From an uncultured Candidatus Micrarchaeota archaeon (GTDB lineage Archaea; Micrarchaeota; Micrarchaeia; Burarchaeales; Fermentimicrarchaeaceae), in assembly GCA_903884505.1 (NCBI GenBank), contig CAISET010000030.1:29701-93700 (forward strand): 64,000 bases of DNA, given 5' to 3'. The stretch's first letter is position 1. Every line of letters begins with the position of its first letter. The notes below the pieces were generated by a model. It saw only the letters and a program-made list of their open reading frames with translations, had not been told where the DNA came from and did no database searches. Position numbers and translations under genes: made by a program. Below, piece by piece: positions 18,301-24,699 of the stretch.

Positions 18301-19612
18301 TGATGAGGCCGGTCTCATTCCCGAGGCGCGCTTGGATGCTTTGAAGGGAAAGCTCGCGGACGCCCGCGGCCTGCTCGACAGCCAGAAATGTATGGAGGCG
18401 ATAGCGGAACTGAAGGGGCTCAGTGCGGACGCGCAGAAAGCAGCCAAAGACTCGCAAATTCAGGAGACTGCGAGGGCAGGTTACTACGATGAATTGGCGC
18501 AGTTTAAGAAGGAGAAGGCGGCGCTCGGGAATCTGCACGATGGGCTCTTCTCCGCGGGCTTGGACAGCGAGGCACGCAAAGTACAAACTGCGCTCGATGC
18601 TGCGGGCGAATCCGAGGATGAGGCGGCAGGGCTTGCGGACGATTTGAATTTTGGCTCCGCAAAGGCGAAAATTTCCGACGCGCGCAAGTCGCTCCATGTC
18701 GACCTTTCGGGCCCGCTCAACAACAGGGTGGAGTCGCTTTCCAAGGAGGCTGACCTGCTGAATAAGCGGGGCCATGCCCTTTCGCTCCTGGACAATGAGG
18801 CAAACCTCAGCGATTTCCAGGTGGAACTCGCGGGAATCCGCTCGTCCATCTCCGATGCGGACTATTCTTCGGCAGCAACCGGCATCGCGGGACTGAACCG
18901 CTCGCTTTCGGCAAAGGAAGGCGAAACGGACGCGGGCTTCGGCCGGCTTGTCCCGGAGTTCGAAGGCTATGCGCGCGAAGTCTCCGAATTGAAGATAGTA
19001 TTCGGGGCGAACTTGGTGGAATTCTCAAAATCTTCGAAAAACGAGACCATCCTGGGGCAGGCGAGAAACGATTTGGCCGAGCTCGGCAGGCTCGATTCCC
19101 TGCTCTCAAACTTCTCGAGCTCCCCGGAGAAGCCGAAGTTCCTAGAGGCGAACGCAGAGAAGCTCGCAGGGATAAGCGCGGAGATCGCCACGCTGAACGG
19201 CACGAGCGCCAGCCTCGCCCAGGCAACGCAGGCCTACGCCAAGCTCGCGAACAGCTCCTTCTCGGAGGCCAGCCTGAAGCTCGAGCAGGCGCGGAAAATA
19301 GTCCCTGCAAGCGGGCAATACGCGGATAGGCTGCAGAACCTCACCTCAATCCTCAGCGATGCCGAGTCCGCACTCACTGCAAACAATTACGCGGATGCGG
19401 CAGTCCTTTCGGAGAAGGTAAGGGCGGGGGCGGAGCTGCTGCTTTCCGCAGCCTCGCAGGTCGAGCAGAAGGAGGCGGGCGCCGGCTTTTCGTTCCAGCC
19501 GGTCTATCTCCTTCTTCCGCTCCTCTTCTTCCTCGCGCTCGGCTACGTCTTCCTGAAGAAGAGGCCCGAGAAACCGCAAGAGGCCAAGCCAATCCAGCGC
19601 CTAGAATTCTAA
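15389..19612 (+). CDS. Giant alpha-helical, coiled-coil-rich surface protein with signal peptide and C-terminal TM anchor
   Basis: Probable start 'MSTSVNSAKWFLLAALLLAGMACAAG'. C-terminus 'FSFQPVYLLLPLLFFLALGYVFLKKRPEK'. AT-rich TATA region upstream contains the palindrome gaggtggttgcaccacctcag. Confidence 0.65.
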   Translation: MSTSVNSAKWFLLAALLLAGMACAAGNSDIPESYNRFWEGPNTGLFPCITNLPLLNLEKTDVMDAPAIARLELPAGFSAVREKMQNASEKIKAAKEGSVRFLGISFLIFEVGEKVRLYADGNPYPMLASTTFCGMSEESADIWIITEPAMYWKCHELWQANEQACKAMGDSLDALQAAAYASNDARDAAASHLETLGRMGADYGNYSGSARGVYSDSKEALEADPIIAFNGSREITLRYDDQAPRFAAAYVSAYDVKTAFENGSAQFERPDSYAAAIDLMAGRDENLVTGWAAVYWNIDSAISGMESEWNGSERAADAEYSDADSAVAALEEDGYSKITADLISNFSEAATGPIHGSFNAAPPDERVANARAMLQGANANITEARRLSNAEYEEDYLARAIETSQRAHSSITSAKSMAEEAKAEVEEIISAADGLYGLKSSEVRSAIDSFSTETPGSARLKANAETDYREAVGLAATARAGTSGKHLAGLAAALGKLESAKLWLSDENVSIAIRRDAARDELARLNATLNKAEHDGIGVTSERDWLNNAMQGRDSGTAEDMENFKEKAELAEEEVYAKAAAQFGYLDWQVSALDSTISAIRSYRSILGSAAELEAKFREFDELKRNYASGGTLVPEKALGHYLEIADKLDAISQEVESNKAKMIQEMMEKSARYDVAWEGEPILDEEMSALVSVRLANELPFGTNSSLSVSIPGDFPSGLSVVSKDAAIFSVDATGTKITAYFTSVSAGSAYSISLKGSGAEPARSVGRQQGNITSLHEQELVGSETLEFEALRDLDRLAIPMEIPEGTGRLSAEMENGRVAEVVNSDGMALVSAERVRKGRGSVTLAYHIPNPYLVTEGDAEVRKIDNLTARITYNVTVSSRAMDLSDVPVLIFVQNVSGEEGVSVRGLDGASLRNFEQQPSQGGVSVSWSIRSLGKGESATYEVSYAISDPGEYAEWFYSQDALLINSLDEAGLIPEARLDALKGKLADARGLLDSQKCMEAIAELKGLSADAQKAAKDSQIQETARAGYYDELAQFKKEKAALGNLHDGLFSAGLDSEARKVQTALDAAGESEDEAAGLADDLNFGSAKAKISDARKSLHVDLSGPLNNRVESLSKEADLLNKRGHALSLLDNEANLSDFQVELAGIRSSISDADYSSAATGIAGLNRSLSAKEGETDAGFGRLVPEFEGYAREVSELKIVFGANLVEFSKSSKNETILGQARNDLAELGRLDSLLSNFSSSPEKPKFLEANAEKLAGISAEIATLNGTSASLAQATQAYAKLANSSFSEASLKLEQARKIVPASGQYADRLQNLTSILSDAESALTANNYADAAVLSEKVRAGAELLLSAASQVEQKEAGAGFSFQPVYLLLPLLFFLALGYVFLKKRPEKPQEAKPIQRLEF

Positions 19613-19662
19613 CAAGAGCATTCGCATCCCGCAAAGAATTCGCGGGCAGCGCATTCGCGAGC

Positions 19663-19832
19663 TCAGCAGGAAAACTCGCATAACCTTTCTTTGGTGTCGC
19701 CCTTCGGGACGAATTCGCCTTCGGGCGAAATGTCCGCGTCCGAGACGCGGACGCTCCTCGCCATCCAGCAGGGGCTCGTCGCTCGACATCCTAAGAAACG
19801 TTAACGAAAGAATTCAGCAGGAAAACTCGCAT
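19663..19832. mobile_element. Small hairpin-rich element (G) flanked by the 19-bp direct repeat TCAGCAGGAAAACTCGCAT, which duplicates the 3' end of the Cas4-like gene
   Basis: Direct repeats at 19663-19681 and 19814-19832; both encode 'CEFSC*' on the minus strand. Internal hairpins tcgccttcgggcga and gtccgcgtccgagacgcggac. Confidence 0.55.
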
Positions 19833-20494
19833 CCTTCCCTGAATTCACAGACAAGGCATTTCGCAGGCTCCCCGCACGCGAGCTCCCTCCGCTCGAATCT
19901 TCCCTCAAGTATTCCCGCAAACCTTTCAAGCCTGGAAGCCACAAACCCCGCGTCGAACGGCTTGGGCTCTCCTTTTCCAAGTGGATGCCTTCCCAGCAAA
20001 TCCCGCTCGATTATCCGGTAGTAGATATCGAAGCCGCGCAGGACTCCCTCCCCGAGTTCCCTTCCCCTCACCCTCATAATCCCGTTCGCCAGCCCGTTGC
20101 AGTAAGCGGACAGCTGGCATTCGTATTTCCCCGAGAACAGCCCGCCAGCCCTCGATGTGAATTTCTCATCGCAGACAACAACCGACCTTCCGAATTTCAG
20201 CAGCTTGTCGAGCCTTCCGGAGAAGGTGAGGCCGCCAAACGCAAATCTCACGCTCACCGCCTCATTCGGGAACTCGAGCGCGCTTCCCTCGTCCTGCAGC
20301 CGGCGCAGCAGTTCATCAACGCTGACAGCCTCGTATTCCTTCTCCGCATCCTCCTCCGCGGAGATGGCATGCTGCCTAGTGCCAATTGCCACGCAGGGGC
20401 GGAAGTGCGGCCTCCTTTCCTCAAGAAAATGATAGACGGGCTTGAGGCCGCAGAACTCCACGTCCGCGAATTTGGAGATAGGGACGGCTCTCAT
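19814..20494 (-). CDS. Cas4-like / RecB-family PD-(D/E)xK nuclease with Fe-S Cys cluster (DUF83-like), standalone
   Basis: N-terminal Cys ('FCGLKP'), 'GRLDKLL', 'VVVCDEKF', QxxxY motif ('QLSAY'), C-terminal 'CGEPAKCLVCEFREGC'. Confidence 0.65.
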   Translation of the reverse strand: MRAVPISKFADVEFCGLKPVYHFLEERRPHFRPCVAIGTRQHAISAEEDAEKEYEAVSVDELLRRLQDEGSALEFPNEAVSVRFAFGGLTFSGRLDKLLKFGRSVVVCDEKFTSRAGGLFSGKYECQLSAYCNGLANGIMRVRGRELGEGVLRGFDIYYRIIERDLLGRHPLGKGEPKPFDAGFVASRLERFAGILEGRFERRELACGEPAKCLVCEFREGCEFSC

Positions 20495-20497
20495 AGC

Positions 20498-20623
20498 CTA
20501 TCCGACCTTCAGCTCAAGCCGCGCCCCATTCCGCTGTATGACGGCTCCGGTGCTCACCCTTTCCAGCCTCGCAATCAGCTCCTCCAGCTGGTCGAACGTC
20601 AATTCGGTCACATCCATTTTCAT
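20498..20623 (-). CDS. Small 41-aa protein immediately upstream of the Cas4-like nuclease
   Basis: 'MKMDVTELTFDQLEELIARLERVSTGAVIQRNGARLELKVG'. RBS gaggtgagggca precedes the ATG. The longer ORF call runs through repeat element E and is unlikely. Confidence 0.4.
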   Translation of the reverse strand: MKMDVTELTFDQLEELIARLERVSTGAVIQRNGARLELKVG

Positions 20624-20627
20624 TGCC

Positions 20628-20780
20628 CTCACCTCGGAACCCCGGTTGGCGCTGCGCTCGCTTGCGCGACCACGCAACACCTTCGGTGTTGCGCAAACGC
20701 ACCTTCGCTTGCGCCATATCCAGTCGCCTCCGGCGACTGCCTGTTGCGCGTTGCGCAACATCCTCGGTTCCTGAACCTCC
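20628..20780. repeat. Hairpin-module MITE-like element (copy E)
   Basis: GGAACCCCGGTTGG...CCTCGGTTCC termini. Modules gcgcaacaccttcggtgttgcgc and gtcgcctccggcgac. Ends ggttcctgaacctcc, as copy F does. Confidence 0.7.
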
Positions 20781-20829
20781 GTGAGCTGGTGCTGGACTGC
20801 TTTTAAAGAAGGGGAAGCGCACGTGGTTT

Positions 20830-21080
20830 CCAGTAAGAACCAATGGTTGGCATCCTCGCTGGCGCTCGTTGCCATATCCGGTCGCCTCCGGCGATTGATT
20901 TCGCCTTGCGGCGAAAGCTGTCGCTTTGCCGCGGGCAAAGCGCCATTGAGTCGCCTTCCGGCGACAGCTCAAATCGCCTGCGGCGATAACTGCGCAACTC
21001 ACGTTGCGCATCGCCAACTTCGTTGGCGACTGCCCGTTGCCTCGCGCTGCTCGGCAACATCCTTGGTTCCTTAACCTCCA
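20830..21080. repeat. Hairpin-module MITE-like element (copy F, longest; about seven tandem hairpin modules)
   Basis: GAACCAATGGTTGG...CCTTGGTTCCTTAACCTCC termini. 20975-21072 is the reverse complement of copy C. Modules gtcgccttccggcgac, gctttgccgcgggcaaagc, tgcgcaactcacgttgcgca and tcgccaacttcgttggcga. Confidence 0.75.
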
Positions 21081-21087
21081 CGCAAAA

Positions 21088-21597
21088 TCAGGGCTCTGCG
21101 CTGAACTCGTCCGCCTCGGTCAAATCAACGACTTCCCCAGCGCTCTGCAAGCCTTTCCCAACATAGACGAGCGAGGATGAGAACACGATGCGGTAAACGC
21201 CGTTGAACTCCTCAATCTCGCTCTTCATCATCCTCAAATATTTGTGTAGGGTCTGCGGGGAAATCTTAGTCTCCTTCTGTATCTCGTTGAAGGTCTTGGC
21301 GCGGGACTTGAGGCAGTTCCTCACCATCTGCTTCATGTCCTCGTCAGAAACAATATACTCCTCGGTCGCGAACTGCAGCTTCTCCTGCACGGACTCTATC
21401 CTCTTCGTTATCTCGTCCCTGCTCAGCACATCGCAACTTTTCAGCTCGCGCAGCTCCCTGAGGATGTGGTGCGCGCTCTCCCTCTGCGCGCCATCGAGCC
21501 GCTTAACATGCGCGGAAAGCTCCTCCAGCTTCCCGGAGACGCCGTCATTCCCGTTATTTTCCTTTCTCGCGCCGAACAGAATGTCCAATAAACCCAT
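21088..21597 (-). CDS. Hypothetical protein with C-terminal winged-helix-like region
   Basis: 169 aa; 'KTFNEIQKETKISPQTLHKYLRMMK' HTH-like segment. Confidence 0.4.
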   Translation of the reverse strand: MGLLDILFGARKENNGNDGVSGKLEELSAHVKRLDGAQRESAHHILRELRELKSCDVLSRDEITKRIESVQEKLQFATEEYIVSDEDMKQMVRNCLKSRAKTFNEIQKETKISPQTLHKYLRMMKSEIEEFNGVYRIVFSSSLVYVGKGLQSAGEVVDLTEADEFSAEP

Positions 21598-21861
21598 AAT
21601 AAAGTCGCCTAGGGCGCATATTAGATGCCGAAAATATTTAAAGAGTGCGGTAATTCGGTTTCGCAGCCTGTCAGCCGGCGGCTTCCCCGAAGCCCCTTCG
21701 CAAAAAGCAGGCGCTCGCTTCCGCTATTCGTCCGAAGTGGCGCCATCTCACTTTAAAAAGGGTTCAAACAAAACCACTGTCCCCAAAACATCAAGTATCT
21801 GCGCCTGGTCCGCGCGGACGCCGGAAAATTCTTGGGGAAAAGGGAAGCAATCGGAGGGGTG

Positions 21862-22077
21862 ATGGCGATGTTCGAGTTGCCGATTCTAGAAGTTGAGAGG
21901 TTCATCAGGAATGCAGGGGCGCAGCGCGTCACGGAGGCCGCTGGGAAGAAGCTCACGAGGCTGCTTGAATGCCGCGCAGAGAAGATAATAGAGAATGCGG
22001 CGATGATTTCGAGGTATGCCGGCAGGAAGACAATTACAAGGGAAGACATCATCCTCGCGCTTGAATTCGAGAATTAG
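21862..22077 (+). CDS. Archaeal histone (HMf family). The 3' end lies in a 25-bp direct repeat.
   Basis: 'MAMFELPILEVERFIRNAGAQRVTEAAGKKLTRLLE...AGRKTITREDIILA'. GGAGG RBS. Ends with an atypical 'LEFEN*'. Confidence 0.85.
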   Translation: MAMFELPILEVERFIRNAGAQRVTEAAGKKLTRLLECRAEKIIENAAMISRYAGRKTITREDIILALEFEN

Positions 22078-23469
22078 GATTCAACTTGATTTGCGGAACA
22101 GTTTTATTCTTCCTCCACCAAAATCCATGCATGCCAACGACCGTGGCCCCAAACCAAACTAAGACTAAAACCGGCAGCGAAGCGGCTCTGGAGAATAGGG
22201 CGAAAGGGCTTCTCAATCGCTTTGGAGATGCGATGGCAGAACTTCGTGGGCCTGAGTTTTACAGTTCAGCCCATTGGCTGTTCAAACTCCATGATGAAGA
22301 CCCCGCCCTCTTCAATCTTGTCTGGTACCGCTACACGGAGAAGATGGGACGCGTCGAGCCGACCAAGACGCTCACCGTTCCCCAGCAGCGCGTGGACCTC
22401 GAACGGGCATGCCCTCCAACAGAAAGAGAAAAGATGAAATCCGAATGCGATGCTTTAGGCGAAGCGCTGACGCAGAGGATTCCGAGCCGCCGCTTCGCCT
22501 CCATAATCTTCTCCCTCCGGTCTCATTTTGTGATTGGAGATTTATTTATCCAACATCATCCTTTGTGGGAAGATAATGACTCAAAGCTTGCTGCGAAGGT
22601 CATGCGTCTTCTAGCCAGCACCGATAATTTAGCGCATCGTGACCTAATCATGCGCGCGCTGTCAAACGGCGCCGAATTCAAGGGGGATGTGCTCAACGAG
22701 GATATGCTTGCGGGGCGGATTCATAGGATTGTGAATGGGAACAAGGAACTGCGGCTGTTCATAATCTGGGGCGGAGTAAAATGGAGCGAGGAGGGGACCG
22801 CGGACCTTTGGGATGAAAAGGCGGTGGAAACGCTGAAGGCAATCCAGGGGCGCGTCCGCGCCGTCTACCCGAACACCTCGGTGGAGCTTATTATCTGCGA
22901 CGTCCATGCCGCCGACTTTGCGGGCAAGCCGCTGGAACACGTCTACCGCTACGCCGGAAACCAGGGCTCAGCCGCGGATGCGAAGACGCTCCACGCCCTC
23001 GCAAAAAAGCACGGGCTTAAGATGGTGCCGCTTTCGGAGATATATGACTATTTCAAAGGAAGAGGGATGCAGGGGGAGCTTGCGAGAGCTGAGCGCAAGG
23101 AATATCTGAAGTCGCGCGAGATACTGAAAAGAGACGTGGCGTATGCGCGTCTCCTCGACGATGCGGCAGAGAAGCATTCAGATCTTGTCAGGGAAGGAAT
23201 CAAGAAGAAGGAGCAGGCGGCATTGGACTACTTGGCAAGGAGGCGCTTCGAGGCGAAGCTCTTCCAGATGTGGTGTCCGGATGCAGTTTTCTTGAGCTTT
23301 GCCGGTGATACGGAGAGAGAGAAATACATCATCAGCTCGCCAATTCCCGTAATTTGTATCTATCCATACAGGAAGAGCACGAAGAGCGACCTGCCCTGGT
23401 TCAGGGACATGCGCACAGAGGACCGAGAGTCGTTCCCACCTCAAGAATTCGAGAATTAGGATTCAACTT
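22063..23469. mobile_element. 1.38-kb insertion between convergent histone genes, bounded by a 25-bp direct repeat GAATTCGAGAATTAGGATTCAACTT
   Basis: Direct-repeat copies at 22063-22087 (histone 3' end) and 23445-23469 (3' end of the 457-aa ORF). Both encode 'EFEN*'. Confidence 0.6.
22086..23459 (+). CDS. Hypothetical 457-aa protein (cargo of the direct-repeat-flanked insertion); alternative start at 22131
   Basis: Long ORF with coding-like composition and no recognised catalytic motif. The C-terminus 'QEFEN*' is encoded by the direct repeat. Confidence 0.5.
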   Translation: MICGTVLFFLHQNPCMPTTVAPNQTKTKTGSEAALENRAKGLLNRFGDAMAELRGPEFYSSAHWLFKLHDEDPALFNLVWYRYTEKMGRVEPTKTLTVPQQRVDLERACPPTEREKMKSECDALGEALTQRIPSRRFASIIFSLRSHFVIGDLFIQHHPLWEDNDSKLAAKVMRLLASTDNLAHRDLIMRALSNGAEFKGDVLNEDMLAGRIHRIVNGNKELRLFIIWGGVKWSEEGTADLWDEKAVETLKAIQGRVRAVYPNTSVELIICDVHAADFAGKPLEHVYRYAGNQGSAADAKTLHALAKKHGLKMVPLSEIYDYFKGRGMQGELARAERKEYLKSREILKRDVAYARLLDDAAEKHSDLVREGIKKKEQAALDYLARRRFEAKLFQMWCPDAVFLSFAGDTEREKYIISSPIPVICIYPYRKSTKSDLPWFRDMRTEDRESFPPQEFEN

Positions 23470-23479
23470 ATTTCTTTCT

Positions 23480-23686
23480 TTAGTCTGCCAGCCGGATATC
23501 TTCTTCCGTTACTGTCTTTCTCCCGGCGTGTTTCGCCAGTTTCGCGGCCTTTGCCGCGATGCGGCCCGCCTGCTCCTCAAGAACGTCGCGGAGAGCCGAG
23601 GCTGCCTGCGGAGAGACGCGCGTCGCGCCGGATTTCCTGATGAGCCGCTCGACGGCGGCTATCGGAAGTTCTGCCATAAGAAGCAC
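23480..23686 (-). CDS. Archaeal histone (HMf family), second copy
   Basis: 'MLLMAELPIAAVERLIRKSGATRVSPQAASALRDVLEE...AGRKTVTEEDIRLAD'. Confidence 0.85.
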   Translation of the reverse strand: MLLMAELPIAAVERLIRKSGATRVSPQAASALRDVLEEQAGRIAAKAAKLAKHAGRKTVTEEDIRLAD

Positions 23687-23696
23687 CTAACAGAAT

Positions 23697-23777
23697 CTAC
23701 TCGAACTCCTCCTCTTCCTCCTCTTCGTACTCCTCCTCATCCCAGTCTTCCTCTTCCTCCTCGTCATCGTCAAACAT
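23697..23777 (-). CDS. Ultra-acidic 26-aa micro-protein (MFDDDEEEEEDWDEEEYEEEEEEEFE), 10 nt upstream of histone 2
   Basis: ATG preceded by a gaggtga RBS at appropriate spacing. Uninterrupted GAG/GAA run. Not in the ORF track (<60 aa). Confidence 0.35.
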   Translation of the reverse strand: MFDDDEEEEEDWDEEEYEEEEEEEFE

Positions 23778-23847
23778 TTAGGGCTCACCTCGTTGAAAGC
23801 GCGTTTCTTATTGCCCATGTGGTTAATAAGGCTATCGCCGCCCCCTT

Positions 23848-24465
23848 TCAGCTGACGCGGCTCTTCTGCGGCTTTTTCGGGGTTTCCGGGCTTTCCGTTA
23901 TCTTCCGGAGGGCTTTCTCACTAATCTTCTGATAACTATTTAGGCGGAAGAGCAAGTTCTCCAGCGTCTGCTTCGGGACGAGCCACTCGTTCTCGTGCTC
24001 CCTGCGCCAAGCGGCAATCTCTCCGCCTGCCTCTTTGTGGATAATGCTTGACACTTCCACCGCGCCGTTCATCTTCACCATGGTCCAGGCCTTCTTGTTG
24101 AGCACCTGCCAGAGCTTGAGTCCGGGCTTTTCCCCAAGAATGAGATTGGAATCGCCAATTGGCGCAACCGCATAAACTTCAACCCCGCGGAACTTGGGTG
24201 CGACATACATCCAGCCGATTGCGCCGGCCTTCAGGTCAGCGATTGAGAAGCCAGCAGGCTTATCGATTCCATAGGCCGCGACAACCGCGAGCTTTAGCCC
24301 GCCCTTTATCTGCCTCTCCATCTCTTCGAGCGTTTCGCCTCCCTTCACCGCCGCCTTCCATTCCTTGTAAAGGCTCCGGAAATCATCCCAGTCAAAGTCG
24401 TCGCCGACGTCGCCGCAGAGTATGCGGACGCGGACCTTTTTGGCCTCATTTTCTGCCATGCCCAT
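23848..24465 (-). CDS. Hypothetical protein
   Basis: 205-aa ORF with no recognised motif. Confidence 0.4.
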   Translation of the reverse strand: MGMAENEAKKVRVRILCGDVGDDFDWDDFRSLYKEWKAAVKGGETLEEMERQIKGGLKLAVVAAYGIDKPAGFSIADLKAGAIGWMYVAPKFRGVEVYAVAPIGDSNLILGEKPGLKLWQVLNKKAWTMVKMNGAVEVSSIIHKEAGGEIAAWRREHENEWLVPKQTLENLLFRLNSYQKISEKALRKITESPETPKKPQKSRVS

Positions 24466-24699
24466 ATTTTCACAAGAGCAGTATAAAAGCTATTAAACTT
24501 GAACCGAGCGGTAAAAAGGGGCTGATTTGGAATGACTGGGCGTGGCGCTAAAACGAGAGAAATGAAACAGAAACCGGAACTAACAGATGCGGCGAAGCCG
24601 CCTGCGCCGCAACAGGCTGGCGATACCCACCGACAACCACCGTGGCACAACAATGCCTACTGGCAGGAGCAGTGGAATCAGGGCTTGGGCGGGAAGGAG

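Noticed and set aside
19601-19789. 62-aa minus-strand ORF in the nuclease-downstream intergenic region
   Set aside because: It is composed of the duplicated nuclease 3' end plus the hairpin element. It is an insertion artefact rather than a gene.
24532-24699. N-terminal 56-aa extension of the M20 peptidase ORF
   Set aside because: It is low-complexity (Q/P/W-rich). A strong GGGAAGGAG RBS precedes the internal ATG at 24700, where family-typical sequence begins.
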